A stretch of DNA of 64,000 nt from Candidatus Peribacter sp. (GTDB lineage Bacteria > Patescibacteriota > Gracilibacteria > Peribacterales > Peribacteraceae): positions 232,121 through 296,120 of the forward strand of contig JABIBA010000013.1 in NCBI GenBank assembly GCA_018652955.1, read 5' to 3'. Of the stretch, positions 48,152 through 59,100 are shown piece by piece. The position numbers and the translations under genes were made by a program. The notes under the pieces are model-generated. The model made no database searches. It worked only from the letters and a program-made list of their open reading frames with translations, and was not told the origin of the DNA. The stretch's first letter is position 1. Each line of letters begins with the position of its first letter.

Positions 48152-49471
48152 ATGCCTCCTCCAGTATCTCCAAGTGGTGCTCCACTTACGCCAGACCAAA
48201 AAGCACAAGAGCTTAAAAACCTCTTAGTAAAATTGCGTACAGCACCTGCTGCACCAATTAATCCTGCGAGTGCTGAAATTAAGGAGCTGAAGAAAAAGAT
48301 CGAAGATACTAACCGAGTAGACATTCTTAAGGCATCTCAAGTTGAACTAGATTCATTGAAAGTTGAGGTTGAGGCGGCAAAGAATAATAAGGATATTATG
48401 GATGCTCTCGGTACAGAGAAGGTAAATCTTGAAAAGATGAATCTTGATATTACGACCCAAATTAATAAGACTAGATCTGCTGCCAGTACTGTTTTACTAA
48501 CAGACATCAAAGATGATGTTCTACAACTTGGTAAAGATTCCATTCCAGAAGAGAAAGGAGATGTGATCAGTATGGTTCAAGGACTAATGCTTAAGTTTAA
48601 TAAGCTTAAGTTGATGTTTGAGAAAATGACTACCTTTTCTGCCGCAGGAAAAGCAGAGATTGCTAAGAAAGAGAAACAGCTAGCTGTAGATGAATTCGGC
48701 ATGCTCGGACCACGTGGATTGCGTGATAAGTTTAAAAAGAAAGGAGCAGACTATGGTGTGAGTATCCGAAATGGTATTCGTGATAAGACTGCATTTAATA
48801 AGTATGTAGAGAAGTTTAAGAAAGGCGACATTCTGAATATCGATGAGTTTGTTGATCAAGAACTTGCTATTGCATCTCCTCAACTTAATGCTTCTACTGG
48901 CGCTCCAAAAGAAACTACCATGTATGGACTGTTGGCTCTTAAAGGACAAGAGACAAAGCTTGCATCAGCAATGGGTAAAGAAAGAGAATTGATGTATGAA
49001 GATGGTCTTGAGAAGTATGGTGTGAAGTTTGAGAATAATATTCTCACTGTACGAAACCTTGTTGATAGTAAGACGTATAACTACACACTGTCGACAGGTG
49101 CAGACGTACCTGCAGCAGCACTAGCGGCTGCTAAAAAGGCAGGTGCACCGGGAATATCTCCGGATGTCATGGGATTACTTGGTGCTTCTAAAGGAGTGAA
49201 ATTTACATCCGCAGACATAGAAGACCAAGGAGATGGTAAAAACGATAAGGTGATGGGATTTGCGTTCCAAGGTACTGCAGGCCCTATGGGCCTTTCGAAG
49301 CATCGTGGAAATGTCTCTCTCGATAACGCTACTCTTCGAAGCGTTCTTAAGGAGCTTGGTGCAGGAGATGCAACAGGACTAAAGAAACTCGTTGATCGTA
49401 AAATTGTTTCTAAAGGCATATTTGCCAAAATAAAAGGAGATATTGAATTCAAAATCGAAAAATCTAGCTAA
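48152..49471 (+). CDS. hypothetical coiled-coil protein (439 aa)
   Basis: Long ORF with its own promoter; no recognisable family. Confidence 0.8.
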   Translation: MPPPVSPSGAPLTPDQKAQELKNLLVKLRTAPAAPINPASAEIKELKKKIEDTNRVDILKASQVELDSLKVEVEAAKNNKDIMDALGTEKVNLEKMNLDITTQINKTRSAASTVLLTDIKDDVLQLGKDSIPEEKGDVISMVQGLMLKFNKLKLMFEKMTTFSAAGKAEIAKKEKQLAVDEFGMLGPRGLRDKFKKKGADYGVSIRNGIRDKTAFNKYVEKFKKGDILNIDEFVDQELAIASPQLNASTGAPKETTMYGLLALKGQETKLASAMGKERELMYEDGLEKYGVKFENNILTVRNLVDSKTYNYTLSTGADVPAAALAAAKKAGAPGISPDVMGLLGASKGVKFTSADIEDQGDGKNDKVMGFAFQGTAGPMGLSKHRGNVSLDNATLRSVLKELGAGDATGLKKLVDRKIVSKGIFAKIKGDIEFKIEKSS

Positions 49472-49483
49472 CCCTCTTTTACT

Positions 49484-52400
49484 ATGGCCCCTTCAGCAAT
49501 TGATCTTCTCAAGAGTAAACTCAAGATAGGGCTCGCAGTACCTGATGCCACTTTGAAGCATCAGAAATTACTAGATGCTATCAAAGAAGGGACACCAGGA
49601 TTTGATACACCTGTTCATCGTCAATCTCGAGTAGATCGTGCTCGGCTTGCTATTCAATTCATGAAACATGATGAGATTCGAACTGCAGGTATCCAAGTTA
49701 TCGATGAAGCGATTGCTAAAGTGGCAGCGGATAAGGCCAAAGCAAATAAAGAGAAATTAACTCCAGGAAAGACAGCTGCAGAGAAAACAGTGATAGATAA
49801 TAATATTGCGGCACTCGAAGCAGAGAAGCTTGAATATATTGGAGCACGTAAAGAAGCAGAGGCAGCAGTGCAGGCTGCAAAAGCTGCTGCAGCAAAACCA
49901 ACGCCAAAAAAACCAGTAACAAAGCCAGGTATTGTTGGTACTCTCGCAGGCGTTACTGATGCAGTATTACCGAAAGAGATGTCAGAGAAAATGAGCAAAG
50001 AAGCTAAAGCTCTAGCTGCAGTTGTTACAGGGGCTGCTCTTGTTGCAGGACTTGTGTGGTTGTTTAATCGTGGTAAGGATAAGGCAAAGTCTGCTGGTAA
50101 GACATTGTTGATTGCTGGAGGAGTGGTGCTTGCAAGTATTTTTGGTTTAAAGCTTTTTGCTGATCTTAGGAAATTCGGAAGTATCAATAAAATGATTGAT
50201 GCTAAATTGAAAGAGCGACAGGCAAAAAAGGAGCCATGGATAAAGTTCGGACTTACAGAAGATGATTACAAGAAAGCAGACGATATTTATCATGAAGAAG
50301 GCGAAGCTGGTAACGATAAAATTCGTGCATTCTTTGGATTAGCTCCGGGGGCAACCAATATAAAATACGAAGCGTACATGGAATTTATTCGAGGAAAGTA
50401 CGAAACTGTTGAAAAAAATGGCATTACATATGCTCGTGCGGAAGTGGCATTACAAAACTACGAAGATAATATTGGCACTGCTGTAAAAGAGTTGGCACGT
50501 TGGGTAAAAGATAACTATGTAAAGGTAGCCGTGGGTACGTACATCGCTTCGCGATTAGGTATTCTTCGTGCAATTCTTTCTGGTGCGGGTACTATTGCAT
50601 CTAAAGCTGGTCAACTAGCAAATGCCATGCGTAAGTTTGGATGGAAACATCCTATTATTGCTATTTTTGCTTTGGGAGGAGCTGTTATTGGTATTCGTAA
50701 GGCTATTTCAGCCGGAAAAGATGTCATGCTACCGGAGAACTTACCAATGTTTTCTACTGCTGTTGCAGCAAAGAAACCTGTATCACATGGCCCGTTGGAT
50801 GTTTCATTGGCAGGCCCTCTGGATACACTGAGTAAAAGTGTAGAGGAACTTGGTGTGATAACTGGGGACTTTGCAACATGGGTAGGTACTGAATTTATGG
50901 ATTTTGTGAATTACATTGATAAAAAGGCACCAGAATCATTCCGTAATAGTGACCCGGAGATTATCATTAGCAGAAACATGGCATGTATAGATGCTCTTCG
51001 TGATTATTTGGATCGCAGAAAAGGGAATGCACCCACAGCGAGAAAAAAAGTGAATGCAGGTAAAGGTGCTGACTATACAACTGCTATAGCACTTCTCGAT
51101 GCATACGAAAGCTCATTTATTTTGCATAGGTGTGAAAATGTTACTACCAATAAAGAGCCACAAGAAGCATATAAGAAGCTAGAGGGCGCTTTAGCAAAAG
51201 TGCAATTACTCGTAACGACAGAAGGGGATGTTGTGTATTGGCAGCCTGCTGATAAAAGCGAAGTGCGTCGTGCACTCTGCGTACATCCTTCTGTAACGGA
51301 TAAGGATAAGCTCCTAGAGCTTTCTAAACGGTTATTTCATGGAGAGGGTGATGATGTATATGTAGTAAATCGTGTTAAAGAAGAATTAGGAAAACAGCTA
51401 GGTAAGAATATGGATAAGCTCGAAGGTTTCCCTTTGGGCAGTAAGGGGTTTGCCATGATAATTGGAAATTTCTTGTACTTTATAGAGTTTGATCTCAGTA
51501 AAGGATTTATAGACTGGGAAAATATGAATAACTGGGCAAGAGCCCCGTTGAGTATCATGTTCTCAGAAGATGGTAAAGATCGTGATTGGCGAGAGTGGTC
51601 GGCAGATGTAGGGATTGGCGTTATGCATACGGCACTATTTGCATTGAGCGCAGGGACTCTTGGATTGCTAAAGCAGGCAGCTATTGGTGGTGGACCACTT
51701 CCAGGAAGAGGTAAGTTTAAAACTCTAAAGAAGATAGCAGTAAACATCACACCTGGTGTCTCTCATGCGAATGTTATAAAAAATACGTATCGTACATACT
51801 TTGATTTTAAGATGATGTATCACTTTCCTATACGAGGAAGGGGGTTCAACAATGTTTTCCAAGAAAGTGGATTGCGTCCTGAGTGGATACGTAGCATCGA
51901 AAATTCTGGTAACGGGTATTTGGCTAGATGGAAACTAAGACGCATTGCAAAGAAAGCCAATATTAGAGTAAAAGCTGCACGAACTGCACAGCAATTACGT
52001 ACTACGTTGCGTAATGGATTTGTTACTCGTTTAAACTTGTCAAATGCCAATGGACAAATAGGAGCTGATGGGGATTCTATGTACGATAATGTTCGTGATG
52101 CTTTTGCGCCAGGTGCGGATGCAGAAACGGATACAGTAGCAGAAGGATTGGAAACAGAAGAAGATAACGCACGCGTTGAAACATATAAACAAATGCTCGA
52201 TCAAGGAAGGTCTGTGACTGAAATGGTAAAGAACGGAGCACACGTAGGAGACTTACTCAAGGCAGATGCAGATCCTGATGAGACACTAAAGGCTGTACAG
52301 GGACTTGCTGACGAGGATCTCCGTGCTGAAGGACTAGATGCCTTGAAAGCTGCTGGAGTAGATACAACACCAAAACCAGTTGCACCAAAGCCAGCTGCAA

Positions 52401-53221
52401 AACCAACATTTACCGAGCAGCAAATTAAAGACACGGTGAAGGCAACAGAGTCAGGAAAACTTAGCCTCGATAAAAAAACACAGATCTATTCTGACTTGAT
52501 TAACAAGAACAAAATTCCTTATCAAAGCCTTATCAAGGCTGGTGCAGATCCAAAAGCTCTCATAAAAGCTGGAGTTAGTCCGGCAGAGGTAGCGCTTCAT
52601 ACGCCGAAGCCAGCACCTGCTAAACCTGCTGCATCAAAACCTGCAGCTACTAAACCTGCTGCGAAGCCACCAGCTCCTACTAAGCCTATTCCTGCTAAAC
52701 CTGCTGCACCAAAACCAGCTTCAACTGCTGCACCAAAGATTACTATTGCGCAATTGCAGAAGGAGCGAGGTGCGATAGAGAAGTCTATTACTGAAACAGT
52801 AGCAGAAGTGCGCCCTGCTAAAGGGCAAGCTCGAGCGAAGCTCCTTGCGAAGCTAGAGGCGGATTTCGAGGCACAGGCTAAGAACTTGGAGTCGCAAGTA
52901 GCACTGGATCCGAAATTGGATGCTAAGTTAGCTCCTCGTATCGCAGAGGCACGAGCCATGTCTGGAAAAATGGGTAAGCAATTAGCTTCACTTAAGAGCA
53001 GAATGTCTAAAAATGCTGCTTCTCAAAGTCCAAAAGGCCGTAAAGATAAGGTTTCGTCAAGGCAAAAAGGTACTGGTGATACAAGTGTTTCACCAGGTAC
53101 GCCTGGAGCTGTGCATGAAAACAGGTCAGGAACGGATACTGTGGTAGATCTACAAAACCCAAAAAATCAGGTCGGAAAACGTAAAAAAGGAGGCGGTGCT
53201 AACGTAAAGGTGGTTAAGTAA
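49484..53221 (+). CDS. large hypothetical protein (1245 aa) with several hydrophobic helices and Pro/Ala/Lys repeats
   Basis: TM-like segments around aa 175-225, 345-405 and 710-730; no signal peptide. Confidence 0.85.
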   Translation: MAPSAIDLLKSKLKIGLAVPDATLKHQKLLDAIKEGTPGFDTPVHRQSRVDRARLAIQFMKHDEIRTAGIQVIDEAIAKVAADKAKANKEKLTPGKTAAEKTVIDNNIAALEAEKLEYIGARKEAEAAVQAAKAAAAKPTPKKPVTKPGIVGTLAGVTDAVLPKEMSEKMSKEAKALAAVVTGAALVAGLVWLFNRGKDKAKSAGKTLLIAGGVVLASIFGLKLFADLRKFGSINKMIDAKLKERQAKKEPWIKFGLTEDDYKKADDIYHEEGEAGNDKIRAFFGLAPGATNIKYEAYMEFIRGKYETVEKNGITYARAEVALQNYEDNIGTAVKELARWVKDNYVKVAVGTYIASRLGILRAILSGAGTIASKAGQLANAMRKFGWKHPIIAIFALGGAVIGIRKAISAGKDVMLPENLPMFSTAVAAKKPVSHGPLDVSLAGPLDTLSKSVEELGVITGDFATWVGTEFMDFVNYIDKKAPESFRNSDPEIIISRNMACIDALRDYLDRRKGNAPTARKKVNAGKGADYTTAIALLDAYESSFILHRCENVTTNKEPQEAYKKLEGALAKVQLLVTTEGDVVYWQPADKSEVRRALCVHPSVTDKDKLLELSKRLFHGEGDDVYVVNRVKEELGKQLGKNMDKLEGFPLGSKGFAMIIGNFLYFIEFDLSKGFIDWENMNNWARAPLSIMFSEDGKDRDWREWSADVGIGVMHTALFALSAGTLGLLKQAAIGGGPLPGRGKFKTLKKIAVNITPGVSHANVIKNTYRTYFDFKMMYHFPIRGRGFNNVFQESGLRPEWIRSIENSGNGYLARWKLRRIAKKANIRVKAARTAQQLRTTLRNGFVTRLNLSNANGQIGADGDSMYDNVRDAFAPGADAETDTVAEGLETEEDNARVETYKQMLDQGRSVTEMVKNGAHVGDLLKADADPDETLKAVQGLADEDLRAEGLDALKAAGVDTTPKPVAPKPAAKPTFTEQQIKDTVKATESGKLSLDKKTQIYSDLINKNKIPYQSLIKAGADPKALIKAGVSPAEVALHTPKPAPAKPAASKPAATKPAAKPPAPTKPIPAKPAAPKPASTAAPKITIAQLQKERGAIEKSITETVAEVRPAKGQARAKLLAKLEADFEAQAKNLESQVALDPKLDAKLAPRIAEARAMSGKMGKQLASLKSRMSKNAASQSPKGRKDKVSSRQKGTGDTSVSPGTPGAVHENRSGTDTVVDLQNPKNQVGKRKKGGGANVKVVK
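52601..52738 (+). repeat. low-complexity (K)PA(A) peptide repeats
   Basis: TPKPAPAKPAASKPAATKPAAKPPAPTKPIPAKPAAPKPASTAAPK; recurring AAACCTGC at DNA level. Confidence 0.75.
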
Positions 53222-53242
53222 TACTGTCTTGAAACGGCTATT

Positions 53243-53253
53243 TCTGCTATAAT
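53243..53253 (+). promoter_or_regulatory. extended -10 promoter TCTGCTATAAT
   Basis: Duplicate of 48116-48126. Confidence 0.65.
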
Positions 53254-53277
53254 TACTAGATTTAAACGTATCTAATT

Positions 53278-56145
53278 ATGGCAGAAAATACATCTAATAA
53301 TCGGGATTCCTCCCAAGCTTCTCCAGAGAAGGTGAAGATGGATAAACTGTATGACGAGTACATAGACAATCTTGCTGAATTTGCTAAATCGACAGATAAA
53401 AAAGAGGAGTTGCTGATAGGTATTCTTGCAGGATTTGAAAATAAGCCAGTGGATCTAGACTCGACATCTGGAAAGGGGAAAAGCTTTTTATCTGCTCAAC
53501 GCAAGCTACTTGAGGAAGAGCAGAACAACTTTAATGACGCAGTGGGTAATCTTACACTTGGGCTGACGGCTAATGAAAAAAAGAACCTGTTGAGCATCGT
53601 TCAGTTTCCGAAGAAGGCACATGCATTTAACAAGATGGTATCGTTCTTCAGCGAGTTTGATTTAAAGGGAACAAGTGCGACTCCTCTTTCGAAACATGCA
53701 CCGGCATCATTACTGGAAGCACAGGCGAGACATAATACTGACTATTCAAAGATTACAAGAATGTTTGAGAGCAGTAAGAATGGAGCTTCTTTTAGTAAAG
53801 AAGAGTGGGAAAAGGTAACTATAATGGCTGCTGAATTCAAAGCATTCGATGAGCCTTTCCAGGCACACATAAAAGACGTGATGCGTTATGATGATGAGCA
53901 GACAAAGAAGTACGTTCTAAAGAACCCCCCTTTATTTGATCTGAAAACAAAGGAGGCAAATATGGATTTACTTGAAGTAATTGGATTTGAAGATGTATTA
54001 AAACCAGAGCAGTTTCAGAAGATGATGGAGGACATTTCTTCTCCACTTCCTCAGATTGCTAACCTCTCAAAGAAATCGAGTGCTCAAAAAAATGCGATCG
54101 AAGCCTATCGCGTTCGTGTGATGAATGATCTTGCTGACCATAAGTCAGCTTATGATTATCAGATATATCTAGCCAATGCTAATGGGAAAAATTCTTTAAG
54201 TGCAGAGGATAGAGAAAACTTTAGAACAGCTACAGTGCGAGCGCTCATGCAGCGTGCTCAGTATGAGCAGTATCTTCAAGCTCCAGATGACAAGAAGTTG
54301 GGTATCCATTGGCTTAAGTCCACATTAAACATGATGCTCATTGAAGGAGTAGAAGAATTTGTAGAGGGAATACATGATACAAAAATGCTCCACATTTCTA
54401 ATGCAAGACTTCTGGAGTCATTTGGCAGAATGTCACCTGTTATGCAGCAGACAGTTCTTAAGACTCTAGGGTCACACTTAGCTAAAGATGGAGTGGTCTT
54501 TGTAGAAGGATTAAATGCTCTTTCAGAGAAGCAGCTTGGGTCACTTCTTAAGACATTAAATAAAAACCTTCCCCCAGAGGGGCGGTATACGATTAGTGAA
54601 AAGTTGAATAAAGTGCAGATGCGTCAGCTTGCTCAGAAAATGCTAAAGGTGCCGAGAGGTAGCTCAAAGTTTGTTAAAGAAATTGCGGATTTCTCCGAGC
54701 TTTCACCTGAGGTGCGTAAGCAACTGTTGAACGGGTGGAAAAGCATCGAAAAAGAATTGATTAGAAACAAGGTGCCGCCAGCACGTATTGCAGAAATCCG
54801 TAAAAATCTTAAAGCACTACAGAAAAAAGGATTCTTCAGAGATACATTAGAAATGGCACGCAACCCAGTGACTGTCATGATCTTCGCGATCTATATCTCT
54901 GAACATCCAAACAACATTCAGGCAGCACTTAACTGGGCTGGGTTTATTGGAATTAGTAAAACAATAAGTGGCGGTTCAGGTCTTCTTACCAAGTCAAAAT
55001 TTCTCAATAAGAGATTTCCACGGATTAAAGGAATAAATCATCCTATTATACAGTTTCTTGTTGTAATGGGAGTACTAATGGGACTTGGGAAAAAAATAAA
55101 TGAAACAACAAGTTATATAGATGAACGCTTCCCTGATAGTCAGTTTAAGGAAGGGGTATATGCAACGTTTGGAGCCTTGGAAATGCCGGGGCGTATGATT
55201 GGAGATATTGGTAGAACTATCGGCTGGAACAGGAGTGATAATTTTAAGAGCTGGTCAGAGTACTTAACAGAAGAGAAGACAGCGGATGGATGGACACCGG
55301 AACGTGCTTTTTATAGAGGACGCAAAGATTGGAATACTGCTCTCGATGGTCAAGTTAAGCTGCATCCACACAACAAAGAAGGAGTAGCTAGGCTTGAGGC
55401 AGATAGAATTAATAAAGATTGGGGATTGCGTCAGAATGTGGATCTCGTTGGAAAGATAGCTACGCTAGATATCTATCGTGAAGATTTTCTTCAGCTCTAT
55501 TCAGAAATGAAGGCAGAAGATGACAATCTTCCACTTACTGTAGAACAGTTTCGTGCATCCCTAGAAGCAGGAGAAGAGGCAGCAATAGCGGATACTAAAG
55601 ATATAGGAGGACAGGATAGAAATGATCAGTATATTGCTAGGCTCTTCGATGGCACAGTTACACTCACGGGGTATGAAGAGGACAAGCAGGAAACATTAGG
55701 CAACCTTCACACTGCTTTTACGTTTATGGAGAGGGGTAATATGAAAAGTCCTTCCGAAGAAGCATTACAAAAGATAGCCAGTGGGAAGCAAAAACCTACC
55801 TCTTTACGAGATACAGAGAGGTTGCGTATGTTTTGGGATACGTACACAGGTCAACTCAAACATGTTGCGACTATGGTGAGCTTGTTTAAGCACCTTACAC
55901 TTCCAGATAGCAAAGGAGTGGAGCACCAAATGTACGACCGTCACACATGGCTTGGCAATGGAACAAAGGAGCAAAACAAAGTGTTTACAAAACGTATAGT
56001 TGATGGACAGATGAGCCACATCTTACTGATGCTGAAACTCGAAAGGCTTGCTCCATATTCACTCAATACTAAAGCCACAGAAGAGCTAACTCGGTTAGGG
56101 GGTAAAAAACCAAAGCCTTCTATTCCTATTCAAGAACTTCCTTAG
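53278..56145 (+). CDS. large hypothetical helical protein (955 aa) with central hydrophobic segments
   Basis: PVTVMIFAIYI, AALNWAGFIGI, PIIQFLVVMGVLMGLG; no signal peptide. Confidence 0.85.
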   Translation: MAENTSNNRDSSQASPEKVKMDKLYDEYIDNLAEFAKSTDKKEELLIGILAGFENKPVDLDSTSGKGKSFLSAQRKLLEEEQNNFNDAVGNLTLGLTANEKKNLLSIVQFPKKAHAFNKMVSFFSEFDLKGTSATPLSKHAPASLLEAQARHNTDYSKITRMFESSKNGASFSKEEWEKVTIMAAEFKAFDEPFQAHIKDVMRYDDEQTKKYVLKNPPLFDLKTKEANMDLLEVIGFEDVLKPEQFQKMMEDISSPLPQIANLSKKSSAQKNAIEAYRVRVMNDLADHKSAYDYQIYLANANGKNSLSAEDRENFRTATVRALMQRAQYEQYLQAPDDKKLGIHWLKSTLNMMLIEGVEEFVEGIHDTKMLHISNARLLESFGRMSPVMQQTVLKTLGSHLAKDGVVFVEGLNALSEKQLGSLLKTLNKNLPPEGRYTISEKLNKVQMRQLAQKMLKVPRGSSKFVKEIADFSELSPEVRKQLLNGWKSIEKELIRNKVPPARIAEIRKNLKALQKKGFFRDTLEMARNPVTVMIFAIYISEHPNNIQAALNWAGFIGISKTISGGSGLLTKSKFLNKRFPRIKGINHPIIQFLVVMGVLMGLGKKINETTSYIDERFPDSQFKEGVYATFGALEMPGRMIGDIGRTIGWNRSDNFKSWSEYLTEEKTADGWTPERAFYRGRKDWNTALDGQVKLHPHNKEGVARLEADRINKDWGLRQNVDLVGKIATLDIYREDFLQLYSEMKAEDDNLPLTVEQFRASLEAGEEAAIADTKDIGGQDRNDQYIARLFDGTVTLTGYEEDKQETLGNLHTAFTFMERGNMKSPSEEALQKIASGKQKPTSLRDTERLRMFWDTYTGQLKHVATMVSLFKHLTLPDSKGVEHQMYDRHTWLGNGTKEQNKVFTKRIVDGQMSHILLMLKLERLAPYSLNTKATEELTRLGGKKPKPSIPIQELP

Positions 56146-56147
56146 TC

Positions 56148-59100
56148 ATGGCCGAAAAACAATCCAGTAACGGCGGATCAAATAATACAGATAACCTGAG
56201 AAAGAATCCTTCTGCATCTGAAATTACGAATAAAGATATCTCTACTGCACGTCTACGTATTGGAACATTCGAGGAAGATAAGGGTCCTACTAGCGTATCG
56301 AAATTAGAAGGCCAGACTAGTACCGCAAAGCATAATGTAACGGTCATCGGTACATATAATCATTTAATGGGTAATGAAGATCGTTTGGATGCACTCAAGC
56401 TTATAAAGGAATCAGGACAGGAGACTAAGGTGATATACCTTCAGGAGAGTGCTTCTATGAGAGAAATGATGGCAAGGGATATGCATTCGTACATGAAGGT
56501 TATTGAGCTCTATCATGAGGTAAATGCTCTTGCTACTAGTGAAGGCGTGCCACTCTCAAAAGATCAGGAAAAGCTGAGAGGTCAGACTCGTAATCATTTT
56601 GCAGCGGTAAATAGTGCAAGTGAGGAGTTTACGTCAGCACAAAAAAGAATCATCGCTATTCTCAAAGAGAATACCAAGCTTAAAAAAAGCACAGATGCCG
56701 GAGCGCCCGCAAGACGAGAGCAGCTTAAGGATGCTTACAAAATAGCTCAGCAAAATCGCATAGAAGCAGATAAAAAACTCGATGCACTTCTCAGTTGCAG
56801 GTCAGATGTACCCGGAGGTAGCCCAGAAGGAATAATGCCTGCAGGAAAACTGACACTTTCTCTTCTTACAAGTTTGAATGAGTTGTACAAGCGTAAGATG
56901 GACACTCTCAGTAAGACAGGGGACCGGTTGCGCAAACTGTCTCAGGAAAACCAGAATGACATTGCCAATAAAGATCCTCTAAATCGTCGAGATGCATTCA
57001 GAGAATTACAGGAGAAGATGCAGGTGAGCCTCCAGAAGTATTTACGTTTGAGCGGCCTGATGGGACGTCACCATGCAGATCGTGCGAAGCTAGGAACAAT
57101 TAAGAAAATATTTGGAGAGCAAATGGATACTAGAGATATAGATGGAGTAGCAAAAACAACAGTCGACCCTGAGCGTAAGGAGCAAATGGAGGCTATGCTA
57201 AACGAACGTGCAGATGCATCGTTGCAGAATATCTCTACGCATCTAAGTATTACAAAAAAAGAAGCTGTTACTAGGGCAAGTGCCGAAGATCAGTTTGTAG
57301 CAAACCTTGCTGAGAGACTTGCACATTTACATTCGGCACAGTTTCCGCCAAACCTTGCTGGGATGAAGTTAATACGTAGTGCGATAAAAGGAAGGTATCG
57401 CGACAACGTGTATGCTGTTATCGGATGGCCTATTATTGGCGGCGAGCCTGCTCCATTTACTTCGCTTCATCCAGATCTACAGCGAGATATCTCTAGAAAG
57501 CTTCAAAGCATTCGTTTGAAATATGAGAACTTTGTCGCAGCAGACGAAATGGGCAACTTGGAAGAGTCTCTTGCTGCTACCAGAGAAATTTTGTTTAGAA
57601 TAAAAGGAAAACGAGCAGGTTGGAGCAATAGAGAATTGTATGCTGTTGGGTCAGTACGCTCAAGTGGAAAACGCATTACCCTTGCGGACGTAGAGGCATC
57701 GGGGGAAGACCCAAGACACACACGCATTTTGGTACAAACTGCTTTTGAACAATTGCGAAATGACTGGGATGGATATCACACATTACGATCGCAGCTTCTG
57801 GCTGAAGTACATGAAGTGATTGGTTTGCACTTTGAATTAAAGGGAGAAGAGAATATGCATGACTTTGAAATGAAAGAGGCAGGCGACTTGATGGATAATG
57901 CTATTCAGTTTGGAATTGCGGGATACTTCATTAAACGAGGTCTTTCTCCAAAAACTCAAGAAAGTCAGCAGCTAGCAAAGGTTATGCGTGGCAAGTGGAG
58001 AACTGCTATGAGAGCAGAGCGTAATTTAGCATCTACATCGAAGTTTGCGAGAATTAAAGGTCTCTTCCAGTGGATTCGCTCTGGTAGAAATGCAAAATAT
58101 ATTTCAGAATTACTGAAGAGATCTGGATTTAATCCAGCTCAAGTTTCTCAGCTAAAAGGGGCTAAGTCTGCGACAGAATTTATGAAGAATTTGAAAAATG
58201 TTGCGAAGCAAGGAGGAAAAAGTGGAGATGAAGCTACTGCAATAATGCGCGCTGTAATGAAAGGAGATGCAGCCGGTGCAAAGGCTGGACTAAATACAAC
58301 AAAAGCTGCTGCTAAAAGCAGTTCTCGACTTGGAAAATTTACGGGTCGTGCAGTTCCTTTGCTTATTGCTGCGTACTACCTATACGAGATAACACAGAAA
58401 TTTGGTGAGGCAACAGAAGAAAATGATCGTGGCAAAGATGTCATGGAAGCTATGGGAAAAGATATGGAAAAGGCCGGATTCGTAAAAGTAGAAGGCTCGG
58501 ATTATGTCTATAAACACAAGGAAACCAATACAAAGGTAAGCCTAAAAACCATACAAGAAGGTTTTGACCATAATGTGAATACTAAATACCTTGAGGCTGC
58601 AGGTCTTGGAGTAGGTCTTGCTATTTTAGGGTTGTCTTTTGCTGTTGGAGGTCCGTTGGGAGTAGTGATTGCTATTGGAGGAGTTATTATTGAGGTAGTT
58701 ATCGAATGGGCTATTGGTGAGTGGCAAGATGTAGATACCCGTGACCTTCTTGCAGATATTCCACCATGGCTAATCGTCCCCTTTGATGTTCTTGCTTCAG
58801 TGAACAAAGATCGCGATGCCTTTGCGGCGTTACATGAAATATCTTCTGGGATTAATTTAACTGATGGTATTGAACGTGCCACCTTTAGCAAAAGGTCTCC
58901 AGAAGAATTTGATAAAATTCGAGATAAGGCACTCTTTAGTGTCGCGATGAGTGACTTGCGTACACAGGCACCCACTGTATTAAGAGAACTTTTTGCCGCA
59001 GGCAAAAAGAATGATGTGGAGTTTGTAAATCAGTTCTTTGAAGCAGACTTCCGCAAAGTCATTGTGCCTGCATTCTACAAAGCACTGCGTCATGAAATGA

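Noticed and set aside
52601-52738. DNA-level tandem repeat or contingency locus
   Set aside because: Repeats are degenerate at synonymous positions, consistent with a protein-level Pro/Ala/Lys linker
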